Shown here: positions 1 to 10,373 of the stretch, in pieces
How positions within the stretch are numbered: the stretch's first letter is position 1
Layout: each line of letters starts with the position of its first letter
Assembly (NCBI GenBank): GCA_963716395.1
Contig: OY970309.1
Location: 2,240,001-2,304,000, forward strand
Origin: an uncultured Fibrobacteria bacterium
Lineage (GTDB): Bacteria; Fibrobacterota; Fibrobacteria; UBA11236
Direction of reading: 5' to 3'
DNA: 64,000 bases
The notes under the pieces: model-generated
Told to the model about the DNA's origin: nothing
Seen by the model: the letters and a program-made list of their open reading frames with translations, nothing else
Database searches by the model: none
Position numbers and translations under genes: made by a program

Positions 1-1598
1 TGATGTGGAGTTCGAGGAAATAACCGAAGACGAGGAAGAAGCCCGCAAGGAAAAACTCAAAACCAAATGGGCGGCTCTTGAGGCTGTGGTTGGTTCTGAA
101 AAACGTCTTCGGCTTATCGCCAATGATATTGTGGAACATTTCGAGAAGCGTTCTGAAGCCTTGGACGGCAAAGCCATGATTGTGTGCATGAGCCGCCGCA
201 TTTGCGTTGACCTCTACAAAGCCATCGTTACGTTGCGTCCCACTTGGAATAATGACGACGACACCAAGGGTGTTCTCAAAATCGTAATGACGGGTTCGCC
301 TTCCGATCCCTTGGATTGGCAAACCCATATCCGAAACAAACCGCAGGCGCGAAGTGTTGGCCAAGCGATTCAAAAATCCTTCCGACCCTTTGAAATTGGT
401 CATTGTCCGCGATATGTGGCTTACGGGATTCGATGCGCCCTGTCTTCACACCATGTATGCGGACAAGCCCATGCGCGGGCACGGCCTGATGCAAGCCATC
501 GCCAGGGTCAATCGCGTGTTCCGGGACAAACCCGGCGGCTTGGTCGTGGATTATTTGGGTCTTGCGGATCATCTTCGCCGGGCAATATCCGAATACACCG
601 AAAGCGGAGGCAAAGGCGACACGGCCATTGATCAGGAACAAGCCGCGTCCGTGATGTTGGAGAAATATGAAATCTGCCGCGACCTTTTCCACGGCTTCGA
701 TTGGGCGGTTTGGACAACGGGCGCTCCCGCGCAAAGGCTTGGCGTGTTACCCCGTGCCCAAGAACATATTCTAACCCAGGATGATGGGAAAACTCGCCTT
801 CTCAAAGCGGTAACCGATCTCTCTAAGGCATTCGCTTTGGCTGTGCCGCATGGAAAGGCGCTGGAAGTCCGTGATGACGTGGCTTTTTTCCAGGCCGTCC
901 GGGCGGCCTTGGCCAAATCCGGGGTTTCGGGATCGAAACCCGAGGAAGATCTGGATCATGCCATCCGGCAATTGGTTTCCAAGGCCGTCGCCTCCGATCA
1001 AGTCATCGACATTTTTGCCGCCGCCGGATTGAAGAAACCGGATATTTCGATTCTATCCGAGGATTTCCTGGCTGAAGTCAAGGGAATGCCGCATAAAAAT
1101 CTTGCCGTCGAGTTATTGCGGAAACTCTTGAACGAAGAAGTCAAAACCCGTTCTAAAAAGAATTTGATCCAATCCCGTTCATTTTCCGAAATGCTGGAAC
1201 GCTCAATCCGGGCATATCAAAACCGAGCCATCGAAGCGGCCCAGGTGATCGAAGAATTGATCAACCTCGCCAAAGAAATGCGGGAAGCGAACCGCAAAGG
1301 CGAAGCACTCGGGCTAACCGATGAGGAAGTCGCTTTTTACGATGCATTGGAAACCAATGACAGCGCGGTCAAAGTTTTGGGCGACGAAACCTTGCGGATC
1401 ATTGCCCGTGAACTTGTCGAAACCGTCCGCAACAACGTGTCCATTGATTGGACGGTAAAGGAAAGCGTAAAAGCCAAATTGCGGGTCATGGTCAAAAGGA
1501 TTTTGAAAAAATATGGATATCCGCCCGATATGCAAGAAAGAGCTACGAACACGGTTTTAGAACAGGCCGAATTGTTATGCAAAGATTGGGTGAGATAA
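1..1598 (+). CDS. hsdR: Type I restriction enzyme R subunit, C-terminal part (5' end outside window; apparent +1 frameshift near 344)
   Basis: Helicase-region motifs [39 protein letters not shown] and a DUF3387-like tail ([16 protein letters not shown]...KYGYPPD). The protein runs in the frame of ORF 5..631 up to HIRNKP and continues in the frame of ORF 354..1598 ([10 protein letters not shown]). Confidence 0.93.
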
Positions 1599-1644
1599 GG
1601 GACTTCCTTCATATTCCAAATATTTGGAAGAGAGAGCTACGTAC

Positions 1645-2919
1645 GTGACATCCTTTCGCTTCATTCATACTGCGGACATCCACCTAGATAGCCCTTTGAA
1701 GGGGCTCGCGGGTTACGACGGGCCTGCCGTCAAGTGCATTCGCACGGCGACGCGCCAAGCTTTCGACAGCCTTATAAGCGAGGCGATCGACCAGAAGGTC
1801 GATTTTGTCGTAATCGCGGGCGATCTTTATGATGGCGACTGGCGCGATTATCAGACCGGGCTATTCTTCGCCCGCCAAATGGGCCGCCTCGCGAAAGCGA
1901 ACATCCCGGCCTTCGTCCTCTACGGCAACCACGATGCGGAAAGCCAGATCACCCGGCGCTTGAGCATGCCCGAGGGCGTCAACGTGTTTTCCGCGCGTAA
2001 GCCCGAGACATTCATGCTTAAGGAACTTGGCGTTGCGCTTCATGGCCAGAGCTTCCGGCAACGCGATGTTACCGACAATCTCGCCGCCGCGTATCCGGAG
2101 CCGGTCGATGGCGTCTTCAACATCGGCGTTCTCCACACCGGCATGGGCGGCATGGGCGGCCATGCGAACTACGCACCCTGCACACTCGATGACCTCGTCA
2201 CCAAGGGCTACGATTATTGGGCGCTCGGTCACGTTCATCACGGGGTTGTTCTCCATCAGAATCCCCATGTGGTTTTCCCCGGAAACCTTCAGGGACGGCA
2301 TATCCGCGAAACTGGCCCCAAGGGCGCGTACCTCGTCTCTGTCGAGGATCGTGAAATCGTCGAATTCGGTCCGCTGTACACCGATGTCGTCCGCTGGGCA
2401 CATCTCCAGGTCAACGTCGATGGCTGTGACCGCAATGCTGAGGCACTGGAGCACGTGCGGCAAGCTATCGAGCAAGCGATCGACGACGGTGCCGATGGCC
2501 GGCTGCTCGCCTGCCGTATCGAGCTGACTGGCCGTACCAAAATCCATGATCATCTTCTGATATCGGCCGAACATCTTCTCGCCGAGGCGCAGGCCGCGGC
2601 ACTTGGGTTCGGTGACGCCGTGGCATGGATCGAGCGCGTTGTCGTCTCTACGGAACCCATGCTCGACCCGGCGACGCTCGCCGGCCGAGAGGATGCGCTG
2701 GGGGAACTTCACCGCATGTTGGGAGACGCCGCCGCCGATCCCGAATTGCTCGGCCAACTGGAAGCGGATGTAGGCGAATTCGTCCGCAAGCTTCCGCCCG
2801 AGGTACGTGACGAGATTGAAGATGCTGCCCTGAAAGCGGCGGTTCAGGCAGACTATCCCGCTCTCATCACCCACATCCGGGGCTACCTCAATGCGCGTCT
2901 TACGGCGCAGGAGGATTGA
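1645..2919 (+). CDS. Mre11/SbcD-like metallophosphoesterase DNA exonuclease (YhaO-like)
   Basis: Motifs HTADIHLD, IAGDLYD, GNHD, GVLHT, ALGHVH, PGNLQGR. GTG at 1645 places FRFIHTAD at the usual N-terminal position. Confidence 0.9.
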   Translation: MTSFRFIHTADIHLDSPLKGLAGYDGPAVKCIRTATRQAFDSLISEAIDQKVDFVVIAGDLYDGDWRDYQTGLFFARQMGRLAKANIPAFVLYGNHDAESQITRRLSMPEGVNVFSARKPETFMLKELGVALHGQSFRQRDVTDNLAAAYPEPVDGVFNIGVLHTGMGGMGGHANYAPCTLDDLVTKGYDYWALGHVHHGVVLHQNPHVVFPGNLQGRHIRETGPKGAYLVSVEDREIVEFGPLYTDVVRWAHLQVNVDGCDRNAEALEHVRQAIEQAIDDGADGRLLACRIELTGRTKIHDHLLISAEHLLAEAQAAALGFGDAVAWIERVVVSTEPMLDPATLAGREDALGELHRMLGDAAADPELLGQLEADVGEFVRKLPPEVRDEIEDAALKAAVQADYPALITHIRGYLNARLTAQED

Positions 2920-2922
2920 GCC

Positions 2923-5900
2923 ATGCGCATTCAACGACTCGATCTTCTCCGTTATGGCCGTTTCACCGATACGCATCTTCGCTCTTCCTGCAAGCGGTTC
3001 CGACATCCACATCTTGTTCGGCCCGAATGAGGCCGGCAAATCGACCGCACTGTCGGCCATAGAGGACTTGCTGTTCGGGATACCCGGCAACTCGCCCTAC
3101 AATTTCCTGCACAATTACGGAAGCATGAGAGTTGGCGCTGTTCTGGAGAATGGCGGCAAGACCCTGGAGGTTCGGCGCCGCAAGGGGAACAAGGATACGC
3201 TGCTCACTGCGGACGAGGTGCCAGTCGCGGCAGGGACTGGCGCACTGGTTCCGTTTCTTGCCGGGGCGGATCATGCTTTCTTCACGCGCATGTTCAGCCT
3301 CGATCATGAACGGCTTCGCAAGGGAGGCCAGGAAATACTTGAGGCGAAGGACGAAGTCGGTCAGATGCTATTCTCTGCTGGTGCCGGACTCTCTGGGTTG
3401 CGCGACCGGCTCAAAGCACTCACTGAGGAAGCCGACGGCCTATGGGCTTCACGGAAGGCGGCGCACAGAAAGTATTACCAAGCGCTGGAACGGCTCGACA
3501 CTGCGGCGACAGCACTCCGCGATCACACGGTCACGGCCAGCAAGTGGCAGGAGGTGAAACGCGCCTATGACGATGCCCAAGAAGCCTATACCGTTCTTGA
3601 AAAACAGAACGAAGATATTTCGCGCGAGCAGCGCAAGCTGAGCCGCATCCGCCGTGTTTACAGGGATATCCGTAAGATTGCGGCGCTTGACGACGAGATA
3701 AAAGCCTTGGGCGAGGTGACGCCACTTCCAGAGGACGCGCTTCGGTCACTTGACGCGGCGGAGCGCGAACAGTTGGGTGCCACGACACGCGTGGAGACTC
3801 TTAATGAACAGATCAAAACCGAGCAGGAGCAACGTGGCGCGCTGAAATGCAATGAGGAGCTTCTGATCCGGGAGGACGACATTAGGGAGTTCCACAAGCG
3901 CCGTATCGAAGTGCAAAAGGAAAAGACGGATTTGCCCCATCGCCGCGCCGAACTTGCGAGCGCAGAGGAAAATCTGCTGCGCCTAGCCGGGGAACTTGAA
4001 TGGACAACCGACGAGGTAGAATCGCTGGTAGAGCGTATTCCGCCGCGTGCGAAAGTTACCGTACTTCGAACGCTCATCAGCTCCCGAGGAGAGCGAGCGT
4101 CCGGCGTTGCGAGCGCGAAGAGCGCGGTTAACGAATTGGCAGGCCAGATCGTTGACTTGCAGCAAGAAATTGACGGCATGGGTGCGCCCGTCGATGTGTC
4201 GAAACTAGCCGCCGTTGTTAAAGCTACCCGTGAGGGCGGCGATTTTTCTTCACGGATAAATGTCGCCGAAACCGAAAGTCGGGAGGCAAATGTTGCCATC
4301 GAGCGCAGCCTCAAGTCCCTCAAGCCGCTGGTAGGGGACGAACATGTGCTGGCGTCGACGCCAGTGCCCACGCGCGACGCGATACAAACTCATCGTGACG
4401 ACCTGCGTAACGCCGACCAGCGGATGCAGGCCTGTCAGGAACGCATCAGAACCGCTGGGCAGGAGCTGGCAAGACATCGTAAGGCTCATGAGCGGCTTGC
4501 CCATGACGAGGACGCAATTGCTCCCAAGGACCTTACCGACGTCCGTGAAGTGCGCGATTACGGTTGGTCGCTAATCCGGCGGCGCTACGTCGAAGGTGTT
4601 TTCGTTCCCGACGAGGAAATCCAAGCGTTCACGGGTGCCGGAACCGATTTGACAAACACGTATGAAACCGCCGTCACGACTGCCGATACTTTGGCGGATC
4701 GCCGTTTCGACAATGCGCAGGCAGCGGCCCAAATCGCCTTGACCACCCGTCAGGTCGCCGAGCAAGAGGAATTGCTGGAAAGCCTGCGGGAAGAAGAGGT
4801 TGTGCTTGTAGAAGAACGCCGTGCGCTGGAGTCCGCATGGAAACAGATATGGACAGAGGCTTCGTTCGAACCGCTCGGGCCGGATTTTATGCTGGAGTGG
4901 CTCGCCTCCCGTCATGAGATACTTGAAAACATCAGGCGGCGAGAGGCGGCCAAGCGCCAACTAGAAGCTTTGCGCGACGAAGAGTCAAAGGCTACCGCAC
5001 GCATTCTCGTGGAATTGTTGGCATTCACCGGTAAACCGGGTGCTCTTGAAGGCCAACCGCTTCGGATCGTCATTGAAGCCGCGACCGCTGTTCAGAACCA
5101 GAGCGAAAAAGACGCCACCAGCAGACGGCTATCGGAAGAGCGGCTTCACAAGATGAAAGCCGATGCTGGCCGCAAATCCACGGCGTTGAAGACGGCAGAA
5201 GAGGCGCTGCACGTCTGGCGCACAGAGTGGGCTGGTGCCATTGAACTCCTTGGCCTGGCTGCCGATACGCAGCCGGAGGCCGCCACTACCCAGCTTGACG
5301 CCATCGACCAGATGCGAGAGATCGCGGTCAAAATCCATCAACTCAGGCATGAGCGTATCGAGAAGATTGAAAGGGATATCGATGATTTTGAAAAGGATGT
5401 TGCCGCCATCGTGGGCGTCGTCGCAATTGATCTTGCGAAACTCAGCCCCGAGGAGGCGGTTCTTGAATTGGAGCGCCAACTTGAGGCCGCGAAGCGAATT
5501 CGTGAGCAGCAAAAGAACAAGGATGCGGCAATTTTGGCGCTGCAAAAGAAGATCGATGAGTACGAAGCTTCAGTGCGTGGAGCGCGCGAGACGATTCAGC
5601 ACCTCCAAGAATTAGCCGGTGCGAAAGATATTGATCAGCTCAAGACTGCGGTCAGCAATTCCGACAAGCTGCGGAAATTGGCGGACGAACGCGTCGGGGT
5701 CGTGGGCGCACTCGCAAATGAAGGCGACGGACTGCAGCTGGCTGAGTTGAGGAAGGAATGTGAAGCCGTCGAAATCGATCAGGTGAGCGCCCGCGAGCAG
5801 ACGCTGGAACAGAATCTGAAAGATTTGCGCTTGCGTCTTACCGAGGCGGCAGAACACCGCACCCAGAACAGAAGTGCATTCGAAGCCATCGGTGGTGACG

Positions 5901-6466
5901 ACCGTGCGGCGGAAGCCGCCGCAGCCAGACAAGCTGCACTCGTGGAACTGCGGGAGGTGGCCGAGCAATACGTCCGTGTTCGTTCCGCCGCGACCATGCT
6001 GCAATGGGCCATAGAGCGCTATCGGCGCGAAAAGCAAGCTCCGCTGCTCAAGCGCGCTGGACAAGCCTTTGCCACACTCACGGACGGGTCTTTCAGCGAT
6101 CTCCGGGTCGAGTTCGATGAAAACGACGAGGCCCAACTGGCAGGTCTTCGTCCCGGCGGCGAGATGGTCCGTAGTGGTCGAATGAGCACCGGCACAGCCG
6201 ATCAACTATATCTGGCCCTCCGCGTGGCTTCGGTCGAAGATTATCTCGATCGAGCAGACGCTCTTCCATTTGTTGCCGACGATCTCTTCATCAATTTTGA
6301 TGACACCCGCGCTGAAGCAGGGTTTGAAGTTCTTGGTCAATTGGCCACCAAGACTCAGGTCCTGTTTTTTACGCATCACCGGCATCTGGTCGAGATTGCC
6401 GTGCGTACACTCGGCAAATCTGTAAACGTCGTCTTCTTATTGGATTCGCAAAAATCGGCAGTTTAA
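2923..6466 (+). CDS. YhaN-like SMC/Rad50-type coiled-coil ATPase (AAA_27), apparent +1 frameshift near 2971
   Basis: ATG 2923 with GGAGG RBS gives MRIQRLDLLRYGRFTD, then the frame switches to ...LPASGSDIHILFGPNEAGKST (Walker A). A long coiled coil follows, then signature MSTGTADQLYLALR, Walker B PFVADDLFINFDD and H-switch FFTHH. Confidence 0.88.
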
Positions 6467-6925
6467 CTGCCGTACCTTATCTTCCCTATGCGCTTCGCCA
6501 TTTGCTCGTGGTTAATTCCGTCGGTCTTCAACCCCTTTACCGGGAACATTGAGTTTACGAAAAGCCTTTTGAAGAGAACTCGGAAGTAAATCCGTTAATT
6601 CCAGGTAGGTACGGAACCCTCCGGTAGCTTCCTACGGAGGACTTTTGAGGTAGGGCGGAACTTCTGCACATTGCTTCGTCGCGGCGGGTGTTTTCGTTTT
6701 ATTGCCTTACGGTTTGATTCCTCTCGTCGCCTAGGGACCACGCTTGGTTCTCGGCGTGACGCTGCTTCGCGCTCCAATCAGGGCCGCTTGTCATTCATGT
6801 TAACGGCGGAGTGAAATTGTACCCCTAGGACGGCCACCTTTATTGGCTGTGGCGGAGCAAAAGTGTGCCGCCGAATTCCTTTCGTTCAGTCCTCCAATTT
6901 TTTGGACTGGACGAAAGGCGGGGGG

Positions 6926-8419
6926 ATGTACAACGTGGATGTATACAGTCGAATTCGGCGGGCGTGTCATGTGGAGGGGATGAGCATTCGAGAGGCCGCC
7001 CGGCAATTTGGCCTGCACCGCAGCACCATCAAGAAGATCCTTTCGTTTTCCCTCCCACCGGGCTATCGGCGTTCAAAGCCGATACATCGCCCTAAGCTCG
7101 AAGGCTTCACCGGCTTTATCGATGCCTGGCTTTTGGGGGATAAGACAACTCCCAAGAAGCAGCACCATACCGCCAAGCGCGTTTTTGAACGCTTGCGGGA
7201 CGAACACGGCTTTCTGGGTGGCTATACCATCGTCAAGGACTATGTGCGAGAAAAGATGCTCCACTGCCGCGAAGTGTTCGTGCCATTGGCTCATCCGCCC
7301 GGCCATGCTCAGGCCGATTTTGGCGAAGCGTTGGTGGTGATAGGCGGGGTCAAGCAAAAGGCTCATTTCCTCGCCATCGACTTACCGCACAGCGATGCCT
7401 GCTTCGTCAAGGCGTATCCTACCGAATGTTCGGAGTCCTTCTGTGACGGCCACAACGCCGCCTTCGCGTTCTTCGGGGGAGTTCCGCAGTCCATTCTTTA
7501 CGACAACACCAAAATAGCTGTGGCCCAAATCCTGGGCGAAGGGAAGCGCGTGCGTTCGCGCATCTTCTCCGAACTCCAATCCCACTACTTGTTCGCCGAT
7601 CGCTTTGGCCGTCCGGCCAAGGGCAACGACAAAGGCAAGGTGGAAGGACTGGTGGGCTATTCCCGCCGCAACTTCATGGTGCCCATTCCGCATTTTCAGA
7701 GCTACGCCGATTTCAACGCCCATCTGGAAGAGCGCTGCAGAACCAGGCAGACGGTGAAATTGCGCGGACACAGCGACACCATTGGCCAAAGGCTACAGCG
7801 CGATGTGAACGCCTTCCTTCCTTTTCCTCTTGTCCCTTACGATGCTTGCGCCAAACTCCCCACCAGGGTAAGCTCGCTCTCTCTGTGCCGATTTAAGGGC
7901 AATGACTACTCCGTGCCGACTGCTTATGGTCACCGCGAAGTGCTCCTCAAGGGTTATGTCGACCATGTCGAGATCTATTGTGGTTCCGAGCGCATCGCCT
8001 GGCATGTCCGCTCCTATGAGAAAGCTGACTTCGTTTTTGATCCACTGCACTATCTTGCGTTGATTGAACGGAAGATAAATGCGCTGGATCAAGCCAAACC
8101 ACTTGTGGGTTGGTCCCTTCCGGAAGTCTTTGGAACCTTGCGCCGCCTTTGCGAGGCCAAGATGGGAACCAAGGGCAAACGCGAGTATGTGCAGGTGCTG
8201 CGCCTTTTGGAAACCTTCCGCCTCGGCGACGTGGAAGCGGCTATCTGCGAGGCCCTCCGACTTTGCGCCATCAGCTTCGACGCCGTGAAACATCTCTTGC
8301 TTTGCCAAATTGAGCAAAAGCCCCCTCGGCTTAATCTCAATATCTATCCCTACCTGCCCAGAGCGGAAGTAAAGACTACCGCAGTGAACGCCTATCTGTC
8401 CCTTCTGGAGTCGGTATGA
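6926..8419 (+). CDS. istA: IS21 transposase IstA
   Basis: N-terminal HTH (GMSIREAARQFGLHRSTIKK) and DDE motifs AQADFG, ILYDN, KGKVEGLVGY. Confidence 0.95.
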   Translation: MYNVDVYSRIRRACHVEGMSIREAARQFGLHRSTIKKILSFSLPPGYRRSKPIHRPKLEGFTGFIDAWLLGDKTTPKKQHHTAKRVFERLRDEHGFLGGYTIVKDYVREKMLHCREVFVPLAHPPGHAQADFGEALVVIGGVKQKAHFLAIDLPHSDACFVKAYPTECSESFCDGHNAAFAFFGGVPQSILYDNTKIAVAQILGEGKRVRSRIFSELQSHYLFADRFGRPAKGNDKGKVEGLVGYSRRNFMVPIPHFQSYADFNAHLEERCRTRQTVKLRGHSDTIGQRLQRDVNAFLPFPLVPYDACAKLPTRVSSLSLCRFKGNDYSVPTAYGHREVLLKGYVDHVEIYCGSERIAWHVRSYEKADFVFDPLHYLALIERKINALDQAKPLVGWSLPEVFGTLRRLCEAKMGTKGKREYVQVLRLLETFRLGDVEAAICEALRLCAISFDAVKHLLLCQIEQKPPRLNLNIYPYLPRAEVKTTAVNAYLSLLESV

Positions 8420-9210
8420 CGCAGACCCCACAACTCTTGCTGTCCCATCATCTCAAGGCGCTGAAGCTACCGACTTTCGCCAGGGAGTACGACAAGGTGG
8501 CTCAGCAGTGTGCGGCGGAGGGTGTGGATCACCCCCGTTACCTTTTGCGCCTCTCCGAGCTTGAACTCATAGAACGCGAGAGACGGAACGTGGAACGACG
8601 CATCCGGGAAGCCCGATTCCCCACGGTCAAGAGCTTGGATAGCTTCGACTTCGCCTCCCTGCCCGGACTCAACAAAACCATGGTCACTGAACTTTCGCGC
8701 TGTGAATATATCACACGTCGGGAGAACGTCATCGCTCTTGGCAACAGTGGTACGGGCAAAACACACCTTGCCTTGGGTCTTGGCCTTGCCGCTTGCCAGA
8801 AGGGACTGTCCGTTGGGTATACCACGGCGGCGGCACTCTGCACCGAACTTTTGGAAGCGCGCGATGAAAAACGACTCCAGCGCTACCAGAAGCAACTCGC
8901 CAGCTACAAGTTGCTCGTCATTGATGAACTGGGGTTCGTGCCCCTGTCCAAGACCGGGGCCGAACTGCTCTTCGAGATCTTCAGTCAACGCTATGAACGC
9001 GGTTCTGTCTTGGTGACTTCGAATCTGCCGTTCGATGAATGGACCGAGGTATTCGGCTCGGAGCGGTTAACCGGCGCGTTGCTGGATAGGCTTACTCACC
9101 AAGTGCATATCCTGGAAATGAACGGGGAAAGCTTTCGCTTGAGTCAAAGTCAAAAACGGCAGAAATTGCGCAAAGATCAGGCTGAAAATAACCCTGACAA
9201 AGTTCCATAA
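8416..9210 (+). CDS. istB: IS21 helper ATPase IstB
   Basis: GNSGTGKTH, LLVIDELG, TSNLPF.EW, ALLDRLTH. ATGA overlap with istA. Confidence 0.96.
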   Translation: MTQTPQLLLSHHLKALKLPTFAREYDKVAQQCAAEGVDHPRYLLRLSELELIERERRNVERRIREARFPTVKSLDSFDFASLPGLNKTMVTELSRCEYITRRENVIALGNSGTGKTHLALGLGLAACQKGLSVGYTTAAALCTELLEARDEKRLQRYQKQLASYKLLVIDELGFVPLSKTGAELLFEIFSQRYERGSVLVTSNLPFDEWTEVFGSERLTGALLDRLTHQVHILEMNGESFRLSQSQKRQKLRKDQAENNPDKVP

Positions 9211-9316
9211 TCATCCAAAATCTTAGAAAAGTGGCTCCGCAATCCCCCTTCCCCTCGGCTTCAACTGGTACACTTTTCCTCCGCCCCACCGGTACACTTT
9301 CGCTCCGCCCTTGACA

Positions 9317-9799
9317 TACAAGATGGATGCGAGTCTTTACCGTGCCGACCCTGCCTTTATCGCCAAGGTCGAAGGTGCCTCTGCCGATGAAGAAGCGGCG
9401 CATGAAGAAAGGGAAAAGGAGCGGCTTTCTTTGGCCTACCAGGACATGCAAGGGACGGGAGAGGGAAAAGTCCGTGATGCCACCATCCTTGCGGCCTCAC
9501 GCGCAGAGGCCCAGATAGCCGCGATAAGGCGCGTGGAAGCCGAGCGGGCGCAAGGGTATCAGAGCGTGGCGGATGCGCTCGCAGGATCGCAGAATCTGAA
9601 CACCAAAGAGCTTCTGCGGACGCTCTCCGATCTTAAAGGCGTGGAGGGTGAGCTTGACGATCTCACCTTGGGCAAGCTGGAAATGGAAGTGGTCTTCGCC
9701 CACATGGGAAGTCTCATCTACGATCTGTCGGATAAAAGGGCGGGGGAACTCCAAACCGCAGCGGCCTTCGATGACCTCGCAATAAGCCTTTCAAAATGA
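9317..9799 (+). pseudogene. Hypothetical helical protein, probably 5'-truncated by IS21
   Basis: The open frame begins at the IS right end. No convincing RBS precedes ATG 9323, and no family is recognised. Confidence 0.45.
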
Positions 9800-10096
9800 G
9801 GGCGAAAAGAATTCGCTCTCTTTGTTCCTGATTCATTTCTTGTAAGCATCCGGGGGGATTTGGAAAATCCCCTCCTCCCAGGCATATTCTAAGAGCGTCC
9901 CCTCGAACCGGGCGCGGCTTGCGGCCGGCGGAACCTTCTGCAATGCATCGGGCGTGTACGTAACCTAGTACGTAAATTTTTTCCGGAAAATTCGATTTTT
10001 AGCTACGCGGCTCTCTTCTGACAAACACAGTTCTACATCGACCGGCGCTAACATAAGCCATTGATTTTATTGGATTTAAGCTCAACAAACAAAAAT

Positions 10097-10126
10097 GCCT
10101 GGCGTTTCCTGCGTAGAAAGCCAGGC
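10097..10126 (-). terminator. Hairpin downstream of tRNA-Pro, possible intrinsic terminator
   Basis: GCCTGGC...GCCAGGC inverted repeat followed on the minus strand by a T-rich run. Confidence 0.5.
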
Positions 10127-10134
10127 TATTAAAA

Positions 10135-10211
10135 TGGTCGGGATGGCGGGATTCGAACCCACGACCACCTGAACCCCATTCAGGTACTCTACCAGACTGA
10201 GCCACATCCCG
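10135..10211 (-). tRNA. tRNA-Pro(GGG)
   Basis: Reverse complement CGGGATGTGGCTCAGTCTGGTAGAGTACCTGAATGGGGTTCAGGTGGTCGTGGGTTCGAATCCCGCCATCCCGACCA folds as a cloverleaf with anticodon GGG and encoded CCA. Confidence 0.97.
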
Positions 10212-10373
10212 GACCGGGCCAACCAATTTATGAAGGGCCCAGGGGGCCGTCAATGAAAACGGTACGGGACGCTTTTGCCGGAAATGTCCGTGTTCCCTCC
10301 CCGGATTTCGATGTTTCCCGGTCGGCCGGGGGAACTGTTTATTTTCATCCTGCAACTTTGACCCGGAGTTCCC

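Larger units (their letters stand above)
6798..9316 (+). mobile_element. IS21-family insertion sequence
   Basis: IRL TGTTAACGGCGGAGTGAAATTGTACC (6798-6823) matches the reverse complement of IRR (9291-9316, TGTCAAGGGCGGAGCGAAAGTGTACC) at 22/26. Extra subterminal copies lie near 6851 and 9267. The element encloses istA-istB. Confidence 0.95.

Noticed and set aside
6467-6797. Small ORF or ncRNA between the ATPase and IS21
   Set aside because: It contains only short ORFs without an RBS or motifs and weak hairpins; nothing is supportable.
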